A stretch of DNA of 63,448 nucleotides, filler included, from Sphacelaria rigidula (lineage: Eukaryota): NCBI GenBank assembly GCA_964200075.2. It is 10 parts of 10 records of this genome, joined end to end, with 100 filler letters (N's around TTAATTAATTAA, not from the genome) between each part and the next. Parts side by side here need not be neighbours in the genome. Positions count along the whole stretch, not along the records: positions 25,423 to 31,677 come from CAXNAA020021202.1; positions 31,778 to 38,032 come from CAXNAA020021203.1; 8 more parts are not named here. One strand, given 5' to 3'. Numbering within the stretch: the stretch's first letter is position 1; every line of letters starts with the position of its first letter. This document shows, piece by piece, positions 25,630 through 37,790 of the stretch. The notes beneath the pieces were generated by a model, which ran no database searches, was not told the DNA's origin, and saw only the letters and a program-made list of their open reading frames with translations. Both the position numbers and the translations under genes were made by a program.

Positions 25630-27445
25630 TTTCAAGGACGATTTGACTTGGAATTTCGTTCAAGAAGTGGCCCAAAATATCCACCCCCTATCGTGGGATG
25701 ACTCACCAAAGCTGCGATGCATGAGGCAAGCCACCCGGTCGTCACCGGATCGGAGTGTCGGGGCTTGACCTTCACAGCCCTTACCTGTGGCTTGACCTGT
25801 ACCCTCATGGGCTCAACGCGCGCTTGCGAATCACCATGCAGGGGGCGACGAAATGTATCCACGCGACGAGCCAAAATATCACGCAGACAATGTGCGCCAT
25901 CGGCGCTCAGGCCCTTCTACTCGGCCTGCTGCACGCTATCCTCAAGCGCACGTTCGCTTGCACCTCTCTCTTCCGCAGGGTCCATAAACATGGCCCCCGA
26001 TCGACCAAGCGCTCCACCGCTTCATCCGTAAGAGCCTCCTCCTCATTGGCGCTCTGAAATGACCGTATGGACACGATCACACGCCTTGCAGCAAGATGGC
26101 TGGGGTTTCCCACGCTGGTTTGCACCGGCACAACACGCGGGCGTAACTTATCCAACGCCAGCGGGTACAAATCAATCTCGAGCCCCTTCATCGTCACCAT
26201 CCCAAATAGAACCACGTTGTCCCTACCGGGTATGACAGCGAAAACCCACAGCCCCCCACGGCGTACGCACGCTAATAGTGATCGGCACCGATTTATGTGT
26301 AACCGTCACGGGAGCACCCGTGGCGGTCTGCGCCGTTTGCGGTTCGTTTTCGAACGGAATCTGCTGAGCGCCGCCAAACTGTGAAGACATCTGTTTTAGC
26401 AAATAGCACCGAACTATTTGCTTTTCCCACGTACACTGTCCGCCCCGCTACGGACGAATCATAAGATCCAGAGTCACCACCTAATGGCTTAGTGGAAGAA
26501 ACAGCAGCGGAGGAACCACCATCCGCCACCGATTGCTTGTTACCGCGGCCCCCGCGCCCGCGTACCTGGTTGGCACGGCCCCGTCCACCGTGACGACCGT
26601 CTCGAGATCCTGATGAATCTCGCGCATTTCCTTGAGCAGCGCCTTGAGCACGAGCCTCGGGGCAACCCTTGATCAGATGTCTGGTGTCGCCGCAGTTGTA
26701 ACACGCGCGAGTGGACGACGCTCGCGAAGACGGCTGCTGTTTCTGTTGCTGTTGCTGTTTGCGGCGCGCACTACCTGCACTTGCCGCAGAATCACGCCGG
26801 CCATCTGCCTCAATGAATTTCCACTGGTCGGCGGCATCAAATATTTTGTTGGACACCACCGTCGGGTTGTTCCACCCGTCAACATACGTTAGTACACTTC
26901 TAACATACGCCTTGAATTTCGGGGGCGAAATCCCGTTTACCAAAGCTGTGGAAACCGACTCGGCCGGGCCTGACAACCAGCTCATGTCCTCCGCACAGTA
27001 CATGGCTTGCACCGTGAGATTTTTTGCGAAAAACGTTCCCATAGATGAATTGACCATCATCGCACGATCCTTGACGGATGTTCCGCCGCTTTGTGGCATA
27101 GTAAGAACTCCACGAAGGTCTGCTGCAGCCTGCGCAGTGTCATGCTTGCCGCCGGTTGTGGTGTACCCGGCACGCTTTCTCACAGCATCTAGCAATTCGT
27201 CAGGGGACATAGCCCGACGGTCCTTGCACATGACTTCAAAGCACCGGTGGGTATATGTGGGGATAAGCTGTCCGATGCTCACTCTCTCATGCCTTATGAC
27301 TCCTTGTGCATCGGCCAAGTGTAAGTCGAGATATTCGGGCCAAAATATTTTCGAGGCATTCTCTGTTCACACTTCGCTATACTTGAGCGGTTCTAGAGGC
27401 TCACCTAACACCAGCGGCGCTGCCACCGCTTGAGCCTTGTCGTCT
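25630..27445 (-). mobile_element. Degenerate Ty3/gypsy-like LTR retrotransposon fragment (gag, protease remnant, start of pol)
   Basis: A 341-aa gag-like ORF (26293-27318) with CCHC knuckle CYNCGDTRHLIKGC. Next comes a protease-like C-terminal segment (VRTPWG..FAVIPGRDNVVLFG) and pre-RT-like ARVEPMRVQVKP..AVKVKPR, with stops and frameshifts. Confidence 0.8.
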
Positions 27446-30400
27446 AGGATTCAACACTTCACGAAGAGACTCTTGCCTGACTTGTGCGTCCTCCAGCCCA
27501 CGGAGCGTCCTGCACAGCTGTGCGCTTCAAGTTGGTTACAAGTTGGTCTCCCCGACTGCAGGCCAAGCTGGCTTCCAGCTACGGTCCCTCTCCCCAGCCA
27601 AACTCCTCCAACAGAGTGCCGAACAAAATAGTACCTAGATATTATAGCCTCTGCCAGACGATCTGGACCAGAGGACTTTCAACGAAGGACTCCTCCAGTA
27701 GCACTGGCCTCGTGCTCGACAAGTACTTTCTTTTAACTTGTGATTATTGCGAAGTGATCCTCAACGGATCATATCACCAGTCAGACAGCAAGGGGCCACA
27801 CAGATAAGGGCCATCAATCCAGGATCCCCTGTCCCCTGCCACTGCTTCAGTAATGCATATGATTATACTGAAACCTACGGCTTGGTATCATTTAACTACA
27901 GGAGGCAGTTTCTTATCATCCTGAGGTGCATTGCATCCTTGCAGATTTTACCTCCCGGCCCTCTTGCAGCTCCCCAGTTTTTATTTGCTATTTTCCCCTT
28001 TGAGTTCAGCACATATGCTTACCCGTAATTTCTTATTTGAAAAAAGAGAACGAACCTGATTTTTTTGACTGCGAAATTCTCAACATCTGACGCTATCTGA
28101 GAGCGACATGTGTCAAAAATTTCGTATTTTAAGCAAGACTCAGGTCTTATTTTCTCTCCGATTCCAGCATAAATGCTTAAATCTAAATTCTTATTGTTCG
28201 AAGAGGTGCAAAACGTCAAATGCTTAATTCTAAGATTCTTGTTTTGGCCGCTTCTTATAGTCAGAAAACGGACTTTCTGACAACTGCCCTTGATGAGCCT
28301 TTCATTGGTAGTAGCGAAGAAGGAGAGAAGAAGATGGGTGTCGTGATGTTCGGGTTATTTGAGCAGTTTGAAGTACTACCAAGGACGATTCACGCGCGCT
28401 CGTCGGGGTGTGCGTGCGTTCAGCGTTGGGATACGAATGTCCATGGTTGCTGTTACTTGATTACTGTGCGTACAGCAAGAATCGGGTCTTTCGTGCGGCG
28501 GACAGTTCCGTGTGCTCTTCGCTTGCGCAAAACGCGTTTTCGTTGAAATCGCCGCCACAGGAGCCGATTTGGGGTCTGCAAATGCCGTACTTTGCCGACG
28601 GGATGCTACGTATCCATTCTTGCCCGAGGGTTCTCGGCATGCGTTGGGTTGGGGTTAGGGTTGGGGGTAGCGATACTTGTAAAATGTGTCAACCATGGAC
28701 AGTTGTGGCCCATCGCCGATTAAGTAGCCTACTACTATGACACATCGTGGTAATTGGCAAATCAGTGCCTGCCTTGAAATCCACGTAGCACTGCGATCCG
28801 ACAAGGTCTAACCAAACGAAGTACCAAATTGTACAGTAGTCCTGCCTTTCGTTGCAGCTTCCAGTCATGTGCACATCTTTTGCGGATAAAATCCGAGCGT
28901 CTCGCTGGCCGTTGGTGATTGCTATGCACGGCCCCGGTAGACGTGATGCTTGTGTTCCGCGAGGGTTTTCGCTGAACGTTATCACTGTTCTCTTCCTATT
29001 TCTGTATGCGTGACGGCCAGTATACTGTATCCGTTACTCGAACCAACCCTGGATGATGCGACAACCCCCTGCTGGTGACGGAATAACCTGGCTTGACCCT
29101 GACACCAGCCCCGAGATCGCACCCGTACAGTATTCCACAACCCACCGTGATCACAAAAGACTGACGCGCTGTGAGTTGTGAGTCCATTTATTGTGTCGAT
29201 GCGGAGAGACTCGGGAACCATTTCCGCGGAGAAACGGACGTGGTCGTTGTGGCGTCCGTGAATGGCAAATGAGCGGGGAAATAGTCGAATGTCTGGGCGC
29301 CATGGTTGGAGTCGGCGCCTAGACTCCCTTGCGCGCGATGTGCCGCATCAGGTACAGTGTAGAGAGCGATGGCCTAGCACAGGTACGTTCTCGGCCGATC
29401 GGTGGCCCAGGTATAAGGTACAATTGAAAGCGGATTCCTGAATCAGGTATACCTGGCCGAAATTTGGTCTCGAAAGGGTGAGCGATTTCCGGAGGCTAGA
29501 CGTCCGTTTTCGCATGGCCACATATCACGAGTAAGATGTTTTTTTCCCGTTTTTGTTTCCTCGAGGCCCGGGTGTCAATACCCCCCCTGAATGATGTGCG
29601 TGAAAAATTCGGAGCGAAAACGGGGAAAATGGCGTGTTTTGCTGCTTTCGCGTTTCTGGCCATTTTTCTTACCTTGCTTAGGCAAAAAATGGGAAGGTAT
29701 ACCTTTTCTTTTCTTGGCCATTACCCAACTTTGTTCCCCACCAAATACAAAACGCACAACTGATCCGATAGAAAAATATCTGGTATCATAGCGACCCCCC
29801 CGAGAGAAAACAGCGTGACATGGCTAGATTTTTGGTCGCACCTTTTGCCGTGGCGCTGGTGATTAAAAACGTTTTCTCGGCCATTCAATATCAGTGGCAA
29901 TCAAACTGTTCTGAAATTTACGATGCGAAATCCCTCACTCAATTTGTACCCGATCTCATCCCGAGTCAATCCTTTCAACAATCGCCATCGGCTGGAAATA
30001 TAACGCGAAAAAGTGTTGAAAAAGATGGGTATGGGATACTGTAGAGTAATCCCCCAAAACGTGTTTTTTCGGTGATGTGGGGCTTTCGCGTCGTCGGGTT
30101 TCCACTGAAAATATGCATCGAAGGCCCAGAAAGCCTCTTGACGTTTTCCGGTGTAAATTTCGTTCAAAAGCTCCGAGTATCCTCAAACTTGGCAGTTCGG
30201 TAGAAATGGGTGCTGCGCATGGAGGAAAGAAATCACGCTTTGGACGAATCATCGCCGGTTCGAATCACCAAACAAGAGTGGATCCTGGAAAATGGGGTTG
30301 ATCTCTAGAATGAGGTTCAAGTGACATGTCCTTTTTACAGGGATGACGCGAAACAGTTACACGGAGCGAAACCATCTTTGCCCTCAAAACTCTGCTGCGG

Positions 30401-32003
30401 TGAAGCAGTTGTGGCTAGGCGCAACGAACGAATGCGGTGTACACGCGTGTCGATGACGATATCACCAGAGAGAGGAGCAACGACAGAGAGAAAGACCTCG
30501 CCCGTGTCCTTTGTGTGTTGTCGCTCGGCGATTACCAATCGCTCGAGAGACTCGCATCATCGATGTTACCAGCATGTACCCAATTTCTCATGTGCCGGTA
30601 GGCATAATATTATGTTGCTGCGCACAGCCCCCCAAAGAACATCGAGCTGCGGAGGTATCTCGTCTCTTCTTATCTGTGGAGCTCACCAATGCGAAGATCG
30701 ATTTCTCTCTGCCTCTCTTCTCGGACAGGACGCGCCTCTGTGCGCTGAAAAACATGTCGTTAAAAAACAGGGCAATGGTTCACCGCTACTGTTCTCTGTC
30801 ACACACGTGCTAGCAAGGGCGGTGCTGCGGCAATAACGACAGATCCAATTTGAACTTGGGGGGTGTTATTCATCGTTGATTTTATCCGACATGTGACCAT
30901 CTAGGTGCCCGACCACAAGAGCGCGCCACAGGGCAGTTGGGGTGTGTGTGAGAGAGAGATCAAACACTTGTAGAGACATGTTTGACATGCGGAGTGAAAA
31001 AAATACCTATTATGGTGGTGACCTAACTGTTGCTGGCGTGGTGCAGAGGGGTGCGTCAATGGTGCAATCTGGAGCACGCAATGGCTGCGTGAACACCTCG
31101 GTACAGTAGCTTCCCAGCATAAACTCCGATGTGAGGAAGTCATGCATTCCAAGCCGGGGCGAGATATGACCCCACGAGGAACAAAAGTGCTCTATGATCA
31201 ACCACTTCTTGTCGTTGTATTTGACACCCACGCCATCAACCGCCGACCGCAAAGGTCTTGTGGCTTTCAAGCAAAGCTGGCGGCAGTGCGGCAGGCAAAC
31301 CCGATCATAGCTAGCTTTCGCTGCTCTTCTCTACTGACTGCCGTCTGCAGAGACGTCACCCACCGTAACAGCATGTACCGAAAAGCAACAGCTATAGAAA
31401 CAAAACAGTTCGATTTTCTAAAACACGTCCACATGATTGAAATGACTATTGTTACCTGAGGAACTGTAGCTTCCCCGTCCCCCCACCAGGTATGGAAGAA
31501 CGACGACAGAGTTTTTGCAAGTGCATGCAACACTCACGGGTGAACACAGAGAGTTTCACCTGTATGAAAACCCGCGTCTTGCCACCTGCAAACCGTTTCA
31601 GACTAATAATGCCGAGATAGCCCCCGCACAAAAAGTGCACCGGAGACCGTCCGACAAACCGGCTGCGATCCCACGATNNNNNNNNNNNNNNNNNNNNNNN
31701 NNNNNNNNNNNNNNNNNNNNNTTAATTAATTAANNNNNNNNNNNNNNNNNNNNNNNNNNNNNNNNNNNNNNNNNNNNCTCGGCAGCAGTCAGTACAACAA
31801 ATGGTACGTGCTTTACGCTTATAGGAACGATCATGTACTAATGATGGAGTAATATGACGTTGCCTGTCGTCAGTAAGCGCACCATCCTTTCGGCGGTATT
31901 TATGTTAAAACTGCTGTATATGTCACACTTTACACTACCCCGCCCTTCCATCTTTGCCGTACGTCCATACCCCCAATTTCCTCTCCCCTCACACGCCCTG
32001 CAG

Positions 32004-35000
32004 ACGTTGTCTTTGATATCCGCGATATCAAGGCATGCAGTTTGAGTGAAAAGCCAAGCGTACTGGAAAAGGACACGACTAAAGTACGCCACCCAAACCT
32101 CTTCTCGGGGCGACCACTTCACACTTCAATGGACGTACCAGGGGGAGACATCGATGCTCCTCTCAAAGACACGCCACTCTACGAGGAAGAAATGGAGGCG
32201 TTAGCTCCTTCCTATCTCGAGAACAGCAGCGGTGGCGTTACTCATGACCCATGGGATACGTCTTCCGGCAGGGATGGCGTCACCCGCTCTTATTTGCCTG
32301 CGAATTTTCTCGACAGTGACGGGACCAGTAGTCATGATACGTTTGAGACCACTTCCGACGCGGATGTGGCCAACGTTCATGACCCGTTCGAGAACATCTC
32401 TTGCGATGGCGGACAAACGAGTACTCGTCCTGAACTGTGTGAGACCGGTGATGGTATTCGCGTTGATTCGCGGAACAAGGCAATAGATGATGACACCGCT
32501 GCGCACCTGGAAGAGACCGTTAGTGATGCCAACATCCTCCTGGCGAGAGAGACTGCTGGTGATGGTGATACCGACAAGCTAGTCACAAACGCTCCATCAG
32601 CGAGCTGTCCTCCAGATGACGACTTTGTCCATGGAATTGCGGTGCCCACCATCATCGAGAACGCTGTTATCAATACGCTGTCTGTCCCAAATAAAGTCCT
32701 AGCTTCCGCCGAGGCTGTTTCATCATGCGATATGGTATCACGGGATGCGAGCATTGTGGCGCCGTCGGCCGATGTAAAGCCTGCGACGTCTGCGGCGTCT
32801 CTGGATGTTCGGACGACGGCAGCGTTTGCTGTTGTTGCGCGGGTGGCTCCGAGTAGTAATAGCGTTGACTGTGCAAAGGATATGCTGCTCTCTTCGAGTG
32901 GACGCGAGGATGGACTCGATGGACCAATCGGTGGCTGTCGGAAGGAAATTACTTCCGTTGGAATGACAGCGGCAGCAATAGCTTATGAACGGACGGAAGA
33001 CTTGAGGGAAAGTTTTTTGGGTTCTACGGCGGTCGTTGCGCAGTCTTCCCATGGCGGCGGTGACGGCCGTAGTGCTCGACCCGGCGCTGGCACGAAAAGC
33101 AGGCAGAACCAGACGACGAAGAGCAGTACCATCGGTTGTTCTTCGCCGATACAAGGGGTGGATGGCGAAACTGTGGCTTGTACGACGAGCGAGCCACAAC
33201 AATTGCATGGCCACAGCGGGCTAGCAAAGTTGAAACAATCCTCCAGAAGCTCCTCGGGCGGTACGATCGACCGGTTATTCGAGGTACAGGGCACGGAAGA
33301 CGATGCGGTGAAAGAGGAGAGCGGCGACAAACTGACGAGCACACTGGAATCATTCGGTGACAGCGGGGTCCCGGCATGTGACAGTGAGACGCGAAAAGCG
33401 GCGGCGGGAGCGGCGGAAGGGGTTGGGGGATCTGGCATGGGGAACACCCCGGTGTTGCCCATCCGTACACCGCAACGTTGCCCACCCGCACATGTACAAG
33501 AACATACTCCTGATTATCTAGAAGAACATGCCCCTGATACGATGATCCCTACGTCGCAGCCCAGCAAAAGAAGTAACACAGGTGCCAAATCCGTCACCGG
33601 AAGGGCTACCAGCGGGAAGGACAGGGGTGTACGTGCCCCAGAGGGCACTACGCCGCAAGGCAAACTATCGGCCTCGAAGCAACGGTTCGTAGACGTTGCG
33701 GCCAGTCCCATGTACGCACATGACACGCTACATGGCAAAACCAGGAAGCGCTCGGATTTCGACAACAAAAACACTTCGGGCGCGGTAATCGAACAGCGGG
33801 CAGTAAACACCGGTAGTGACAGTATATTACCTCTCCCGAACGACAGCATCACTGCCTCTTCGGTGTCGAGGAAAGGTGGCACCACCACCACGCCCGAGCG
33901 CGTCGCAACGGCTACTCACCCGTCAAGACTTTATAGTAAGGGTTGTTTCAATACCTCGACTTCGTCGCTCCGCACAACCCCTGTGAATCCGACTATGTCC
34001 TCGAAAACAGCACGAGCGCAAAAGGCCCCGAAGAGGAGAAATTCGACATCTGCAGCAAGAAATGAAAGCTCGACGAAGAAATCAAAAGAAGTTGGCGCTG
34101 CTGTATGCGCAGAGGAAGGTGGCTCAGCGGCGGCAAAAGCGCTGTCTAAACAGGAGGTGGGGACAGACAGCAGCAGTGGCGAGGAGATCGATGTCGGCCT
34201 GGACTTTACTCCTGCTGCACCGCTCGTAGACGACGGCGACGATAGTTGTGCCGATCACGCTAATGCCGCACAAAAAGACCCGGATGATCACAAAGTAGGC
34301 GGCGTTCTTCAAGAAGCGATTGGAATCAAAAAGCGAGTACAGGGACCAATACCGCCGGAACAGAACATCCGCCGTCCGATTGAAACTGACTCTAGGTGCG
34401 TGAAGACAGGAGGTTGCACTTTATCGGGGTTATTGGCGGGAATCAACGCGAACTCGAGCCCCGGAACCGTGAACGCGGAGCCGCCTGCGCTGCTGCCTCT
34501 ACTGGTACCTCCGTTGCTTCAGTACGAGGATAATGAAACGGACTCGCGGCGGCCTGCGAGAGAAACTTTGGCCAGAGTTTCCAAAGAGGTAGATCTAAGG
34601 GAGATTCCCGATGTGGGCGGCAGGTCCGAAAGTGATACAGAACTCGTTCTGTCAGATTCGCCGGCCGCTGGGGATTTCGGGGGTAGCTTTCCGGAGACGG
34701 CATCCGCGGCAGTGCTCGCTAGTGGCGTAGCTGGGTCTTGTGAAGAGCAGCGTCGACACCCAGGGTCCCCATGCGATGAACTTACTTTTATTTTTGAGCA
34801 GCAACGGGGACCGGAAAAAGGCGAAGATCAACTGGTATCCCGTGCCCAGTCGGACGGAGTATATATCGCACCTGGCGGTGCCGGTACACGGACGTATGAT
34901 GCTGTTGCTTGTACCCTTGCTGAAGCGAAAGAAGGCAATAAAGTTGGGCCTTGCATGGCGGTGGGATATCAGCGAAACGCGGCGGCATCGGCAGCACAGG

Positions 35001-36136
35001 AAGGCGGCCGCGGCGACGCGGTTTGTCCGGTTGTAAAGTCCACGATGTCAGAACCTGTGGCGAACGACGCTCTGCTTCCTTCCCTCCCTGCCGCTGCCGT
35101 CTCTGATGGTGAACTCCCTTTCATCTTGACAAATGTTTGCGACGACGATGATGACGGGGCGGGCCTAGTGAGGCATGGGGGAGGTGTTGTTTCTGTGCAC
35201 GGAGTAGCATTCGAGGTTGAGAAGCGTGAGGGGCATGGTGAACGTGCTCTTGTTGATGATGTAGAGGACGACGATTCGAGAGGGGATGGGCAAGAGAGGA
35301 AGGAGAATGATCTCGTTGGCGTTGATGACGGCCTGCAGGAACAGGGGCAAGAACACCTGGAGAGAGAAAGTGCTTCTACTCTTGCTTATGATGGTTCTGC
35401 CGCGGCTGGAGGGTATCAAGACAAGCAGGAAGACAATACTGCTGTGGTCGATGGAAGTGCCGCGCTTTGTGGAGTAGAAAAACATATGGAGGGCGGCGAA
35501 GGAGCAGAACAATGGCAAGAACACAAGGATGCGGTCGTCGGAAGCAGCTGTAAGGACAAAGCGGGGCAGTCGAGGACGGCCGCGTACGCTAACTCCGTCG
35601 TGGAGGAACAGTTCCCAGATGCAGGAGATGAGCAAGCCCGAGCATCATGTGCAGGTCTTGCTGCACCAATGGCATATCTGGAGGCGGGAGCGGCAGCGAC
35701 TGATACGATCGTAACGGCGGACTCGGGTGTACTCGAAGAAGTACCCGTTCGCTCAGACTCGTGTTCTTCCATCGAATCGACCTTTTCTGTAGGATCGGAG
35801 TTCACGGAGAGCCAGACGCCGGATTCAGTGGAAACGGTCAGTTTCGGGCAGGAAGCAGTGACAGACGCGACCTCAGTATCGACAGCGACATCAGAATCTG
35901 CAGCAGCACTCGGCGGCCTTGGTAAAACGATCAAATGTGTAGGACGATGGGCAAAGTCGCAGGACCGGTGGGCGATTGTTCGATTCGCTTTTTTTTCCCT
36001 GCTCCTCGCGTTCTGGTTTCGGCTTGACGCACCGACGAAATCAGTGACCGTGGGGACCACCTCCCGCTTCTCGCGCCGTTTTGTTGTACCTCCTGCAATG
36101 GGACCCCCGGCGAGCGGTCGCACAGTGATCTACTGA
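32004..36136 (+). CDS. Terminal ~4.1-kb exon of a large low-complexity (S/T/D/E/A-rich) protein with one C-terminal transmembrane helix; function unknown
   Basis: An uninterrupted frame of more than 1360 codons, preceded by a pyrimidine-rich CCCTGCAG acceptor at 32001-32003. Hydrophobic WAIVRFAFFSLLLAFWF lies about 38 aa before the stop. Confidence 0.85.
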
Positions 36137-37701
36137 GCCTTTCCTTGGTTGTGTGCGCCATGCTAGACACTACTGCTTTTCCACTGACGAGGAATAAAGG
36201 CTGTTCTCCTGAACTTTTCGATGCGAATGCCGGCATGTTCCGCATTCAATCACCAGAAAATGACGAAGGCTTTTCTGCGGCACCGAAAAATTCTCGAGGA
36301 GTGTTCAAATGACAGTACGCAGGAGGGAAGGCTGGAGGGCAGCGGGCTGCATTTCACTTGTCTGTTGGCTGAAAGGGCGGCGGCGGCGGCGATAGAAGTG
36401 ATGATGATCAAAGAGGTTCGAGTGAACGGTGGGGTGAGGGATGCATGCTGTGCTGCCTGATGATGGATGGTGTTTTGCGAAATATTCGGGCTACAAATAT
36501 ATCCTGCGGGTGCCGGTTGTGTTGACGAGGCAAGTTGATATGCTGTAGTCATCATGGCAGGGCTCGGGGGAGGGTCTACGTAAATACAAATTAGCTCAAC
36601 GCAATATGTCTACTGAGCGCTCGCTCGCGCGCAGGGGGGGAAAGGTTTACTTCACTCTTATTTTGTTTTCAGATACGTGCGCCTTGCCGCAATCAACGAC
36701 GCAACATATCATAGTTCAACTTCTGCTGTTTTTTAGAAGGATACTGGAGAGTTTGGTGCGTTGGGCTCGGATTGTTTCCGGGGTCGGAGGAGCATTCCAT
36801 GAATGTGTTGCTCACGTGTGGTGCCAAGGTCATGGAAGTTCCCCCAGCGATTCCGTATTGCCTCTGTTCGGGGTTGTACGGCCACTGCCCATGCATAGTT
36901 CTATGTCTTGTCATCCCTTTCTGCGCGACCAAGGCAGGGTGGGCAAGTTTCGAGGGAGTGCGTGATACTACTGGCAAGTTAGCTGGCGGTGCCAAAAACA
37001 AATGTTGTTGCTGTTGTTGTCGTTGTTGGTAGTGGTGGTGTGTGTGTATTTTCTGTTGTTATTTGTTGTTGTTGTCGTTGTTGGTAGTGGTGGCGGTGTG
37101 TGTATTTGCTGGCGGCTGAGACGAGAGTGGCAGCGTGAGCTGGGTGCGTTCTTGCGATTGACAACGCGGTGGTGCAAGGGGTGTAAATTTTCGCGAGTTT
37201 GAGTTCACTGATGGAGATTGCTGTCGCGATGTATAGTGCTGTAACAATAGTCTGAGGGTGAAAAAAGGATGTTTGATATCGATTGATTCGCGCTCTTTTT
37301 TTTCCTTTTGCAAAGACGAAGAGAAGAAGGATTTGATCCCTGCTTTCATATTTCTTGAAAATAGTACGTGTGTGTAGAGTTTTTATCTCATGTAGCGCTT
37401 TACTACGGATGATTTCCGGAATCTCACTATGTGCTGTCGCTCATTGTACATGTTCACGGTTCGAAGCCTTTGATACCACTACTGTCGCACCTGGTGTGCG
37501 TGTGTTTGTTTGCCTATTGTGACAGGCGTAAACACGATGAAGCAGTGCCAAATCACTGCCTGGTAGCCATGATCACAAATTCAATTTGTAGGTTTGAGAC
37601 AAAAGTTATGAATTATTGTTGATGACGGAAAATGCACAGGATAAGCTTGTCCTCCCGAGTATATATCCTGTTATGCATCAAGATGGGAACAAGGTCGTGA
37701 A

Positions 37702-37790
37702 GGGAAGAGTGGCTCAGTGGTCACGGCGCTTGAAAAAGTGGGTTACGTCATTGGCGCCCCTGGTTCAACTCCAAGAGTCCAACAGATCTC
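37702..37790 (+). repeat. tRNA-derived (SINE head-like) sequence
   Basis: A-box-like GTGGCTCAGTGGT and B-box-like GGTTCAACTCC; no convincing cloverleaf. Confidence 0.4.

Noticed and set aside
28986..29220. Possible LTR (TGTTC...GAACCA)
   Set aside because: No TSD, PBS or second copy seen.
31489..31677. Possible exon at the end of contig 5
   Set aside because: An acceptor-like CCAG and an open frame are present, but it is short, truncated and unrecognisable.
37702..37790. Functional tRNA genes here and at 12400-12450, 55446-55700 and 56045-56115
   Set aside because: A/B-box-like motifs only, with no complete cloverleaf; treated as SINE-like heads.
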